DNA from: Meyerozyma guilliermondii
Lineage: Eukaryota
Direction: 5' to 3'
Assembly (NCBI GenBank): GCA_051546255.1
Contig: CP128819.1
Location: 496,001 to 560,000 of the forward strand
Length of the DNA stretch: 64,000 nucleotides
Shown here: in pieces, positions 10,427-20,150 of the stretch
Numbering within the stretch: the first letter of the stretch is position 1
Layout of the letters: every line of letters starts with the position of its first letter
The notes under the pieces: model-generated
Told to the model about the DNA's origin: nothing
The model's database searches: none
Seen by the model: only the letters and a program-made list of their open reading frames with translations
Made by a program: the position numbers and the translations under genes

Positions 10427-10549
10427 TGAATACTTGTCAGCGGTGCATCTGTCTCAATTGTTGATGATAAAAGATTCAGAAGAGACATGAATACTTCCCA
10501 AATGAATTAATACTTGTTTGGACTGGCTGACAATTCAGGTATGCAATAG
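10427..10549 (+). pseudogene. Degenerate Ty1/copia aspartic protease (pol) remnant
   Basis: In the +1 frame relative to the gag ORF it reads *ILVSGASVSIVDDKRFRRDMNTSQMN*YLFG(S)ADNSGMQ*. This is WILDSGAS with TGG>TGA and GAC>GTC, followed by the F...ADNS spacing of copia proteases. Stops lie at 10427, 10508 and 10547. Confidence 0.7.
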
Positions 10550-10982
10550 CTAAGGTCGCCTTATCACACATTAGTGAATAAGTCTTGATCTAAAGTGCCT
10601 CTTCCCGTTTTGAGCCTGAAACCGTATATGATAGCAAATCTAAGCTGTTCAATAGTGATAGTCCTTTCATCATATCATGAGCACAGTTTGGTACCAATCA
10701 ATATAGGTTCTGGGACTAAAGTATTGTAGGACTGACATAAGCCCATGTTATAAGTGCTGAGAAGTGCTACGTTGCCTATCTGTATCAAAGTAATATATCA
10801 TCACCATCTGACCTCACCCCCGCCTAAGTGCCTATCTATTCAAAGGGGAATCGACTCGACTTTCACCAGCATCAAATTTAGAGTCTATTAGTGTGGGTAT
10901 CGTAATCAGGTTAGGTGCTTATCGCTCACGTGAGAAATTTTGTGGGGTAAGTCATCTCCGAGATAACGATTTACACATACTA

Positions 10983-12002
10983 ATGTTCCTCGGGTTCTAC
11001 CTTATACTTGGTATCGTGTATGCCATAAACATTGTCCCGTTTCAGGACTCGTCACAACTTCCCCAACCCATTGACAGAAGCATATACAACAACTTATTCA
11101 CATATGCTCACCTCATTGATATATCATATTGCATTTCTAGGTTTGGTCGAATAGAAGAACCTTTCAAATGTGACTTGCAATGTGAAGAAACTTTTCCTAG
11201 CATGTCATTGGTGTATCAGTGGTACTTTGATGATGCTGTCTGTGGCTATGTTGCAATTACTTATTCCAATATCTTCAACCACTCGGCTCCACAAAACTCA
11301 TCGGATCCTAAGAAGACAATTATAGTTTCGCTAAGGGGAACTCGGTCTATTTTCGATACAATTACCGACACAAAGATAGAAATGACACCATATTATGGCG
11401 GAAGAAACTTTCTTCCTTATTGTGGTCCTTATTGCAAAGTTCACCGAGGCTTCTACGATGTCTACCGAAACACACTCTCAAAAATTGATCGTTATTTGTC
11501 CACAGAACTCGAGTTCGAAGATAATTATGAACTAATATTCATGGGTCATTCTATGGGAGGTTCAGTTGCTCTTCTTCTAGCTCTTCACTACCTTGATTTG
11601 GGATGGAATAATTTATCTTTAGTCACTATGGGCCAGCCATTGACTGGAAATGTGCACTTTACCCAATGGGTGGACTTGGTAATGGGAAGTTCAAACAGGA
11701 ATTCCCGGAAATTTCTACGGATAATTCACAAAAATGATGTTGTTACTACAATACCAAAGTCAACGTCCATCTGGGACACTTACCAACAATTCGACAATCA
11801 AATTTACCTCAATTGCAGCTCTTCAGTTGTCGAGCCTTCCCCAGACCAAGTTGTTGATTGCTACAGCGCTGATAACGAATATTGTATTAGTGGAGACTTT
11901 GGTCCAGATTATCTGTGGAAGCCAGTCGACTCATTGTATGAAAATCACAATACCTATTTCAGGCGTCTTGGTATGTGTGGTATTTCTATTCAAATGCATT
12001 AG
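10983..12002 (+). CDS. Secreted class-3 lipase (YJR107W/Lih1-like)
   Basis: Signal peptide from ATG 10983, plus VSLRGT, CKVHRGF, GHSMGG nucleophile elbow, DVV and C-terminal HNTYF. Confidence 0.88.
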   Translation: MFLGFYLILGIVYAINIVPFQDSSQLPQPIDRSIYNNLFTYAHLIDISYCISRFGRIEEPFKCDLQCEETFPSMSLVYQWYFDDAVCGYVAITYSNIFNHSAPQNSSDPKKTIIVSLRGTRSIFDTITDTKIEMTPYYGGRNFLPYCGPYCKVHRGFYDVYRNTLSKIDRYLSTELEFEDNYELIFMGHSMGGSVALLLALHYLDLGWNNLSLVTMGQPLTGNVHFTQWVDLVMGSSNRNSRKFLRIIHKNDVVTTIPKSTSIWDTYQQFDNQIYLNCSSSVVEPSPDQVVDCYSADNEYCISGDFGPDYLWKPVDSLYENHNTYFRRLGMCGISIQMH

Positions 12003-14005
12003 TTGCGCCGAAATGCAAATCTCGGCTGGTCGTCGTCGTCATCGTCATCATCCTCAATTTTTTTCGAGGCAGTTGCAAAATTCGTATTTGTAGCTTGAAC
12101 CTGTGAGTCGTCCTCACTCACAAAAAGAGAATTATTGGGTTCAGGCTCTTGATTACGGAATGAAAACAGAGGAGCATCTTCCTCCATGTAGTATTGGTCC
12201 AAAATTCCTCGTGGTTCTACTCCCTTTACTGGTGGCATCTCACCTGCAAAGTTTGCAACTTCCGGTATACTATTGTAATCAATAGTCATCTGGTGCTTTT
12301 CTGTAATTGTCGTTGCTGAAACAAGTTCCACTTTCAGACGGACTCTAACATTCAGAGCAACCTTTTTGAAGTTTTTAAAATTTTTCCTACCCGAGTAGTC
12401 GGTTGGTGGTGCCTGTGTACCTCTCGCTTTGGGCCTGATCAAAGGTACGTATTCTACAACTGCAAGGTCTACCAATTGCAGGGAAATATCGTCTTCAATG
12501 GAATCGAGGCCCAAGTCCTTCTTGATAGACTCGGTCTGTTTCTCCTTTGTTCTTTTAACAGCTTCGTGAAAGCTAACTTGAGGCATAAACTTTCCAATTT
12601 TCTCATACTCAGGTGTTGGTTGTACCGGCTTGTTTTCGGTGTGGGATGTTGTTGGTTGTGCGGGTTCTGGGGCTTCATGGACAGAGTCTTCATCAGACAT
12701 CATCATTGTAGTATTGTCTTCTGGCGGTTTTTGAGAAGATAGCTCAATCCCATTGGATTCTTTTTCCTCTTGGTTTTGTTCGTCGTTCTCAACCAGAGTT
12801 GGAGCCTGGGTTTTAGTGCTTGACCGCTCTATTTGTGGAGGTGCAGATGAAAAATTAAAAAACTCTGTTTTGCTGATTTTCTTTACCCGTCTTCGCTTGG
12901 ACTGGCTCACTTGGGTGTCAGCTTTTCGTTTCACATCTTTTCTTAATTCAAATTGGTGTAGGTTCAGAGTTGAACAATTGCAAACACTCTCGAAAAGGTC
13001 ATCCAAAGTAATGGTTTTGAAGTCGGTTAAATCTGAAATGGCCGAAAGACCATCTCTGGCTTTTGGATGCAAAAGATAGGTAGTCGATTGGCCCCACGTA
13101 TCCTTCTGCAGTTCCAACCGGCTGAAGAATGCACTGGTGTCTTCTGGATTCAAATCAGTAACATCGATAAAGTGTACTGTTCCACCTATTGAGTTCACTA
13201 TGGTTTCGAGTTTCGCAGTTGGAGATTCAAGAACGAGAACGACACAATTGTGAAGAAGTACACCTCTTTTCGGGTTAGAGAAGAGATAAAACTGCTCCTT
13301 TGTGCTACTTGGTAATAAGTCAGGAGTATCGATGTGGAACCACAGTTCATAGTTGTCCTGGTTTTGCAATACAAAATCAATCCACTTTTCATTTACTACC
13401 GAAATTCCTCGCAGCAAAGATATGCGTAGTCCATACGTAGGACTGTCATTAGCAGCAATGTAATGTGTGGCTTTTCCAGGATCTTGCGTTGTTCTCAAAT
13501 CTATCTTTTCAGCCAATTTCTTCAATTGTTCAACAATGGGATTCGCTTGAATGGTACTTCCAATTTGAACTCTATGTGGAAAATTAAGAACTAGAGGTAC
13601 CCAATGGATCTTGATTCTTATTTTGTCTTCTCTGAACTGCATGTCTACTTCATTTTTAGACTCTAAATCAATACCATATGGCTCTTGGCCATTGGAAAGT
13701 CTCATTTTTTCTCCATTAATTTTCGTCATTGCTTTCGATTGTATTATCACTTTCAATGGAGTCTTAGCACTCGTATTATCCAACTCTGTCACATGGCCAG
13801 TTTGTATTTGTAAGTGCTCTTTAGATATGTAAACTTCGTTAACACGAATAAAGTTGGGTCGTTCTACATCGCTGCGATCTCGGCCCAATTGATAGGAAGT
13901 ATTTGGATGAAGCCATCGGTTGTTTACTGTGTTATTAGTCAGAGCCCTTTACTGGTTACTAATTTACATACCCTTTTCGCACTCATAATAGCTCAATATC
14001 CACAT
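11999..14005 (-). CDS. XRS2: Xrs2/Nbs1 (MRX complex); two exons, 14005-13972 and 13926-11999, 653 aa
   Basis: The spliced N-terminus MWILSYYECEKVNNRWLHPNTSYQLGR is FHA-like. A BRCT-like region, the Mre11-binding RKNFKNFKK and an acidic + FxF Tel1-binding tail (DDDDDQPRFAFRRN) follow. Confidence 0.9.
13927..13971 (-). other. 45-nt spliceosomal intron of XRS2
   Basis: GTATGT donor at 13971, branch GACTAAT at 13940-13934 and CAG acceptor ending at 13927. Splicing joins exon 1 in frame to the long ORF. Confidence 0.88.
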
Positions 14006-14094
14006 ACTATTTCACTGTGCTCGAGTTCTACTTGTATAACGGGTGTACGGATTTTCCATCGTTTCAAACTTTCCATGCATTATATCTACTAATC

Positions 14095-15246
14095 TTACTT
14101 TTTGGACGACTTGGTCTTCTTCGATGGCTTGGTGACCTTGGAAACCTTTTTTGTGCGTTCTTTCAGCACGGTTTGTCCCATTTTTTTACCAATCAATTTT
14201 GCAACCTCATCGGGGTCTCCCAACTCTAACAAACCCTTTTCGTAAGTTGACAACTTGACTCCAGTAGATTCTTTATCTCCATTCTCCTCTGCATCCTCTT
14301 GCTTGACATCTTCGTCGTCGTACAATTTTTCGGTTTCAAACAATGGCAAGGCAGGAGAAGCTTCTGTCTTGAGTAAGATGCTCTTGAGGGAAGAAAGTTC
14401 AAACGAAGATATCACATCCGAGATATTTGCAGCTACCTCCTCATTGGAAAGAGGTCCAGCAAAAGAACCAACTTTAATGGAGATATTTACACCCACTGGA
14501 AGTAAGTAAGCTGTGCTCAGCAAGGCCTTTTCCAATTGATTTTTGACGGTATCGAGGGACAAAGTCTTTGGGTTAGAAGTGGAGGTGACTCTGATAGGGA
14601 TAGGCAATTTCAGATTACCCTTGCCGTAAAACGTCTTCCCTAATAAGGTAGGCATGAGGTTCATTAATGCGTCGTCAAAAAGAAACATGTCGTATTCGGA
14701 ATAGAATTGGCGTCTTTTTTCAAAGTTCTTGTATTCTTTCTTTAAAGTGTCCAACAGGACAATTTGGTGAAGCGATCGCAAATTAGCGTCTTCAACCTTC
14801 AGGAGTTGGTCCTCAGATGTGATCAATTGGTCACGCAATATCAAACACACTTTGAAGTTGTTTTCACCATCTTCGTACATCAGATGTGAGAGCTTAATGG
14901 TCTTGGGTTTGAAGTTGGGTTTGGATGCTTGAAACTTCTTGGTATTTATTTGCACAAACACCGACTTGTTTTCATCATTGTCGTCGAATAATTGAGCCTT
15001 TCCGTTACTAGACTCTTTTTCGTTGTCTGCACCGGCGGCAAACTTGGAGAGTGCTTTCACTGCCTTCAAAATACGGGCCGAAGATAAATCGTTCTCTTTT
15101 GGGGCAACTGGTTTCTTCGCTTTGGAAGCCTTTGGAGATGGTTTGGCTTCTGCCTTTTTGGACTTGGCAACCTTCAGTACCTTTGGTGAGCTCACAGCCT
15201 TTGCTGAAGGCGAAGAAGACCCCTTTTGAGACCTGGTCCGTGCCAT
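14095..15246 (-). CDS. CIC1: Ribosomal L1-domain ribosome-biogenesis protein Cic1/Nsa3
   Basis: L1p/L10e-like core (LKKEYKNFEKRRQFYSEYDMFLFDD..MPTLLGKTFY; SPALPLF) with Lys-rich termini. Its length fits Cic1 better than Utp30. Confidence 0.8.
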   Translation of the reverse strand: MARTRSQKGSSSPSAKAVSSPKVLKVAKSKKAEAKPSPKASKAKKPVAPKENDLSSARILKAVKALSKFAAGADNEKESSNGKAQLFDDNDENKSVFVQINTKKFQASKPNFKPKTIKLSHLMYEDGENNFKVCLILRDQLITSEDQLLKVEDANLRSLHQIVLLDTLKKEYKNFEKRRQFYSEYDMFLFDDALMNLMPTLLGKTFYGKGNLKLPIPIRVTSTSNPKTLSLDTVKNQLEKALLSTAYLLPVGVNISIKVGSFAGPLSNEEVAANISDVISSFELSSLKSILLKTEASPALPLFETEKLYDDEDVKQEDAEENGDKESTGVKLSTYEKGLLELGDPDEVAKLIGKKMGQTVLKERTKKVSKVTKPSKKTKSSKK

Positions 15247-15263
15247 AATTACTGTAGTGTGGT

Positions 15264-15280
15264 GCGATGAGATGCTCATC
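15264..15280. promoter_or_regulatory. PAC elements upstream of CIC1
   Basis: GCGATGAG at 15264-15271 and CTCATC at 15275-15280, followed by an A-tract, about 20-40 nt upstream of a ribosome-biogenesis gene. Confidence 0.7.
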
Positions 15281-15330
15281 AGAAAAAAAACCAACCGTGA
15301 GGCCTGTATGCAGTGCTAAGATAACTAGAG

Positions 15331-15978
15331 CTATGGATCAGTAGGAGGCATTGCCGTCTTTGCGATCGTTCGTCCCTGAGTCTGTGGTTCCTCGCCCTTC
15401 TCTGCAGAGTCTAGGATTATTGCTGGGACCCCATTGTCTATATTTTCGAAAAGTAACATGGGTTCGAGATCGAGGTTGATTGGTGCGGCTCCACCATGAA
15501 ATTTCCGGACTTGGCTACTATCTGCATTTCCCAAGCGTTCCCATAAGAGATGCGAGAGTTCGTGTGGAGCGTATACCGCCTGTTGATTCGGACCCTCTTC
15601 CACCTTGTCCCAGTGATCCCATTCCGCTGGAGGTGATAATGGGGGAGAAATAAGAAATCGTCTTGAACCGGATTCCAGAGGAAGCTCCAAATAATCCTTG
15701 TCATTGTTTGCATATTCCGGTCCGGCAGTTACGGCGAGAGCGACATCCTTTATGCTGTATGTGACTTTGAACTGGAAGTGGTCGCTCAATATAGATACTA
15801 TTTTGGAGGAAACTCGCGTGTTCTCACATATTATTAATATCCGCTGAAATTTGGGTAAGGAGATGAGTTCAACAACAAAGTTGTTATTTGCAAGACATTG
15901 GATCACAGGCTGGGGCTCGAGCAACAACTGTGGATCGACTTTTGTGATTATTATCGTATTGGTCGGTTTTCGTGACAT
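15331..15978 (-). CDS. RCN1: Calcipressin, regulator of calcineurin
   Basis: LxVP-like DYLELP, FLISPPLSPP, PxIxIT-like VPAIIL and C-terminal KTAMPP. The ATG is at 15978. Confidence 0.85.
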   Translation of the reverse strand: MSRKPTNTIIITKVDPQLLLEPQPVIQCLANNNFVVELISLPKFQRILIICENTRVSSKIVSILSDHFQFKVTYSIKDVALAVTAGPEYANNDKDYLELPLESGSRRFLISPPLSPPAEWDHWDKVEEGPNQQAVYAPHELSHLLWERLGNADSSQVRKFHGGAAPINLDLEPMLLFENIDNGVPAIILDSAEKGEEPQTQGRTIAKTAMPPTDP

Positions 15979-16271
15979 TGGAAAATTGAACCGTTGCTGC
16001 TGCGCATTTTGATAACCGAGTGTGCATGAAACCAGAACCGGGGACGCATGGAACCTGTCAAACACGCATGAAAGAAAGATGTAGCAAATGAGATAGGATG
16101 GAGCAGTAATTCCAGTTGAGAGTAGTTTGAAACTTTAGACCCTCAATGGTTGTTTAAACCTCGTGGCCTAAAGGTGGTTCATGCTCATGCTCCTATCTAA
16201 GAAATCCGTGCACCATTAGATGATCTCCTGCAGACCATTCCGAACACCTTTCATTAGCAACCTACAACTCA

Positions 16272-18455
16272 ATGGCTGATAAGAGGGTTCCCGGTCGCAG
16301 AAGAACCTTGGGAAGCAACGAAGTGCAATTGCTCTTTGCTAAATCCAAGACATATTTGCATCCAACAACTGCAAAAAGCGACAATGTTAGCGGATTCTTA
16401 ACCCTTACCAAAGGATCTGGCGCCACCAATCGTGACGTAGTGCTATCATTTACCGCTGAAGACCAACTTTCGGCTGCGGATCGCAAAACATACGAGGCTA
16501 TCGATCTTCAAGATCTCAAAACCGGGGTGGAGTCGGAAATCGATTTCCCGGTTGTGTCAAAACCCCCGGTTCTGGTTTTGTCAGGATACAGTTTCAGTAT
16601 CCCCATTTCGTTCATTTATTCGGTCCAAGTTCGAACTCCCACAGCCGGGTGGTGGCATGGCTCTGTTGTCATCAACTCGAGAGACGGCGAAAAGTTGCCA
16701 ATTGTGTTCTTTCATGACAATGAATCTCCATCGACAATTCGCAACCAAAAGGCCAAAAATCAGACATTTGATCCATTTGGAGAAAACGGAGAAATGTACT
16801 GGGGAGGAATTGATTTCATGAATGCTTTGAAAGCGTATGCGGTAGTTGAAAAGACGGCGTATGAACCATCAGTGTATTTGATCAACCCAGAAACCAAAGA
16901 TTTGATCAATTTTGCACCAACTTCCAACAAAGATGTCAGTGCCAAGAGTACTGAAAAGTTCCAATTGCCTGACGTCAACAAGTTTTTCGCCAATGCCAAA
17001 TGGAAAGTGCTTGAGACAGTGGCTACTTTTTCTGCTAAAACGAAAAACCAAGTGTTGGATATGGTGGAAGAACATGCACCGCTGCCCATTCGACACCTTA
17101 TTACGCAACCTGAAGTTCAGCGCATAGGCAGTGAATTTGAAGGTGCTCGAGTCTACTTGGCAAAATGGGCTGCTCAAGTAAAGGAAGAAGCTGAACAAGC
17201 TAGACGCAACTTTAGCTTGGATGATGACATGTATGGAAAGATTAATAAGGAGTTGGGAACAGAAATCTTGACGAATGAAGAAGTTAGCAAAGTCACCAGA
17301 CGCAAGCCTGTTTCTCAGGTTGAATGGGATACTTTTTTCGATCTGTCTGGTCGTTTGTGCATAACCGTTGACGAGGTCAAGGACAGAATTTTTCATGGTG
17401 GTCTTGAGGACTCTGTTCGTGGAATTGCATGGCTATTCTTGTTGGGTGTTTATCCATGGGATTCAAGCAAGGAGGAGAGAGAGCTCCTTCACAGCAGTTA
17501 CGTTACCGAATACAACCGTCTCAAGAGTTTGTGGATCGAAGATGACGACAAACGAGCAGAAGAGTTCTGGAAAGATCAGAAGCACCGCATTGAGAAGGAT
17601 ATCAATCGTACCGACCGTTCTTTAGCCCTTTTCAAGAACAAGAAAAACGTCACTGTGACCAGCGTTGGAAGTAATGTTTCGCCAACCACTCGTGAATCTT
17701 CTCCAGAAACCCCCGATGAAGAGGAAAATGATGAATTCGATATCTCCAACATCAGAAACCCGCACTTGTTTGCCATGCGTGAAATACTCTTGACTTATAA
17801 CGAGTACAATGTCAACTTGGGATATGTTCAGGGAATGACCGATTTACTCTCTCCATTATACGTCAAGTTCCAGGACGAGCCATTGACGTTCTGGGCGTTC
17901 ACAAAGTTCATGGAGCGTATGGAGCGCAACTTTGTGCGAGACCAATCTGGGATGAAAAAGCAAATGGTTACTCTCAACGAGTTGGTGCAATTCACATTGC
18001 CTGATTTGTATAAGCATTTGGGAAGATGTGAGAGTACAGATCTCTTTTTCTACTTTAGAATGTTATTGGTATGGTTCAAAAGGGAATTTGAGTGGGATGA
18101 TGTGCTCAGATTGTGGGAGATTTTTTGGACTGATCGGTACTCGAGTCAATTCCATTTGTTTTTTGCTCTTGCTGTTCTCAGCGACAACGAAAGAATCATT
18201 ATTGAGAACTTGAGACGATTTGACGAAGTTTTAAAGTACATGAACGACCTTTCTATGAATATGAATCTCGAGCAATTGCTTGTTCGAGCAGAACTTTTGT
18301 TCTTGAGATTCCACCGCATGGTGGATATAGTCGACAGAGAAAGTGAACGCCGTGATGAGAATATCAAGGTGAGTCCAGATTTGCGTGGTTTGCTCAGCAG
18401 GGAAATAGTCGTCCAGAAGGAAGTGGAAAGACCCGAGGGAGTAGGCGGTGGTTAA
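16272..18455 (+). CDS. GYP7: TBC-domain Rab GAP Gyp7
   Basis: N-terminal LLFAKSKTYLHPT domain and TBC motifs IEKDINRTDR and GYVQGMTDLLSP. Confidence 0.93.
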   Translation: MADKRVPGRRRTLGSNEVQLLFAKSKTYLHPTTAKSDNVSGFLTLTKGSGATNRDVVLSFTAEDQLSAADRKTYEAIDLQDLKTGVESEIDFPVVSKPPVLVLSGYSFSIPISFIYSVQVRTPTAGWWHGSVVINSRDGEKLPIVFFHDNESPSTIRNQKAKNQTFDPFGENGEMYWGGIDFMNALKAYAVVEKTAYEPSVYLINPETKDLINFAPTSNKDVSAKSTEKFQLPDVNKFFANAKWKVLETVATFSAKTKNQVLDMVEEHAPLPIRHLITQPEVQRIGSEFEGARVYLAKWAAQVKEEAEQARRNFSLDDDMYGKINKELGTEILTNEEVSKVTRRKPVSQVEWDTFFDLSGRLCITVDEVKDRIFHGGLEDSVRGIAWLFLLGVYPWDSSKEERELLHSSYVTEYNRLKSLWIEDDDKRAEEFWKDQKHRIEKDINRTDRSLALFKNKKNVTVTSVGSNVSPTTRESSPETPDEEENDEFDISNIRNPHLFAMREILLTYNEYNVNLGYVQGMTDLLSPLYVKFQDEPLTFWAFTKFMERMERNFVRDQSGMKKQMVTLNELVQFTLPDLYKHLGRCESTDLFFYFRMLLVWFKREFEWDDVLRLWEIFWTDRYSSQFHLFFALAVLSDNERIIIENLRRFDEVLKYMNDLSMNMNLEQLLVRAELLFLRFHRMVDIVDRESERRDENIKVSPDLRGLLSREIVVQKEVERPEGVGGG

Positions 18456-18644
18456 CGAATTATGTCGAATGAATGTGATTACAGCAGCTAGTTGCGTAGA
18501 GGTGGCTGATCAGTAGTGATTTGCAGCCACATATGCAGGATCTCTCAAGGCTAACACTACCAGGGTCGATTAGTTAATCACATCTCACCGTGTAAACACG
18601 TGCATCGTGCGCATAAGTAGATTGCGTTGCATGGTAAATCTTTA

Positions 18645-19745
18645 ATGAATGAACAGACGCCACTTTTAGAAGATGAGTATGACATAGAGGATCATTGGAT
18701 TCGCGACAAGAAAGTCAGATGGTCCCTTTATGGAGCAGGAGGTTTATTTGGTATTTTTGTTCTTTGGGCATTTGCATTTTACTTGCCGCTGCGCTTCATT
18801 CCAGAATCCAGGCCGTTTGATGGAATTCAAATGGTTAAAGATTTGAATGTTGTATTTGAACCAATTACCCCAGAAGATTCTGAAAAGCAGTTTGATCCTT
18901 CTTACTCGCTCAACTCAAAGGGTTCTAAACAGCGACTTATTCTCATTGGTGATGTTCATGGACATTATAAGCCATTCAGAAAACTTCTCAGAAAAGTTAA
19001 TTTCAATAACAAGACCGACCATTTGTTGCTTCTTGGCGACTTTATCACCAAAGGCCCCCATTCCATAAAGATGTTGGACTATTTAATTGAGCATAAAGTC
19101 GATTGCATCATTGGTAACCATGAGTACTATGTCATGAACAACTATGCCCGATTCCATAACCTCGACCCTCCCTTCTTCGTTGGAAACGAAGATGACAACA
19201 AAAATGTATTTGAGACAAATGGTGGCTTCAATGATGATCCGGAGTACTTACTTGCCAAGAAACTCCAACCTCATCATATCGAGTACATCAACCAATGTGC
19301 AGTTATCAAGACATTGGGGCCTGTACCCCAACACAAGGCCAAAAACGAAGGCAGCCACAAGTACTCTGATGGCATTGCCGTGCATGGAGGCTTGAGATGG
19401 GACATTCCAGACCTCGAATCACAACATGCAGTGGAGTGTTTGGAGATGAGATCGTTGATTGGCCCATACTTTAATGAGTCTACCGATGATCCCCGAGCAG
19501 ACAGAGCTGTGCTGTGGTCCAAAATATGGAATTTAAAGCAAAAGGAAAAGAACGATACCGATACAAAAGTTGTCTATTATGGCCATGATGCTCGCCGAGG
19601 TCTCAATCTTAAACGGTTTGCTAAAGGACTTGATAGTGGCTGCGATACTGGAGGAGATTTGAGTGCCATGGTTATCTGGCAGGAGAAGGCGCGGAAGAGA
19701 GTTATGTACAAAGAGCAAATCATTCAAGTACAGTGTGACGATTAA
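18645..19745 (+). CDS. PPN2: Vacuolar metallophosphoesterase, Ppn2/YNL217W-like endopolyphosphatase
   Basis: GDVHG, GDFITKGP, GNHE, VHGG, GHDA and LDSGC motifs, an N-terminal EQTPLL dileucine signal and a TM anchor. It is adjacent to RAP1 as I recall in S. cerevisiae. Confidence 0.85.
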   Translation: MNEQTPLLEDEYDIEDHWIRDKKVRWSLYGAGGLFGIFVLWAFAFYLPLRFIPESRPFDGIQMVKDLNVVFEPITPEDSEKQFDPSYSLNSKGSKQRLILIGDVHGHYKPFRKLLRKVNFNNKTDHLLLLGDFITKGPHSIKMLDYLIEHKVDCIIGNHEYYVMNNYARFHNLDPPFFVGNEDDNKNVFETNGGFNDDPEYLLAKKLQPHHIEYINQCAVIKTLGPVPQHKAKNEGSHKYSDGIAVHGGLRWDIPDLESQHAVECLEMRSLIGPYFNESTDDPRADRAVLWSKIWNLKQKEKNDTDTKVVYYGHDARRGLNLKRFAKGLDSGCDTGGDLSAMVIWQEKARKRVMYKEQIIQVQCDD

Positions 19746-20150
19746 CACCTGACTTGGTGGTATAATACTAGAGTAATGTCTATCAATCTTGACCCAATTA
19801 ATCTTATACATAGTAACATACTAGTCTAATAATCTAAAAACATAGAAATAGAGTTCGTAAGTCTACCAATCTTCGATAACCATTATATAGTCCCCTACGA
19901 TTTTAGTTGCAGCCAGATGAACTTCTGCTTCTTTTGGCGACTTGCATAAGTATACGCAGTCCGTCCATCCGTGCATCTTTTCTGGAGACGGGAGTTGTCG
20001 TGCTCATAATTACGCGTGACCGCGGCACCACTTCCGCGTATTTATAAGTCCGCACTTTGTACAACACAACACCCCTTCGCCTCCAAAAACCCACTAGCTC
20101 CCACCAACACCTTTCTTTATCGAAGAAGCTAAACACCACACCAATACACC

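Noticed and set aside
10354..10464. Stop read-through of gag giving a Cys-rich tail (CQRCICLNC)
   Set aside because: Not a CCHC knuckle; it is the alternative frame of the protease relic.
8543..10890. LTRs and primer-binding site for the gag-like element
   Set aside because: No direct repeat seen between the flanks. TGGTAGC at 8817 is only a 7-nt tRNA-iMet-like match upstream of the TATA. GCTCATAAC at 9054 is on the wrong strand for a Ty5-type PBS.
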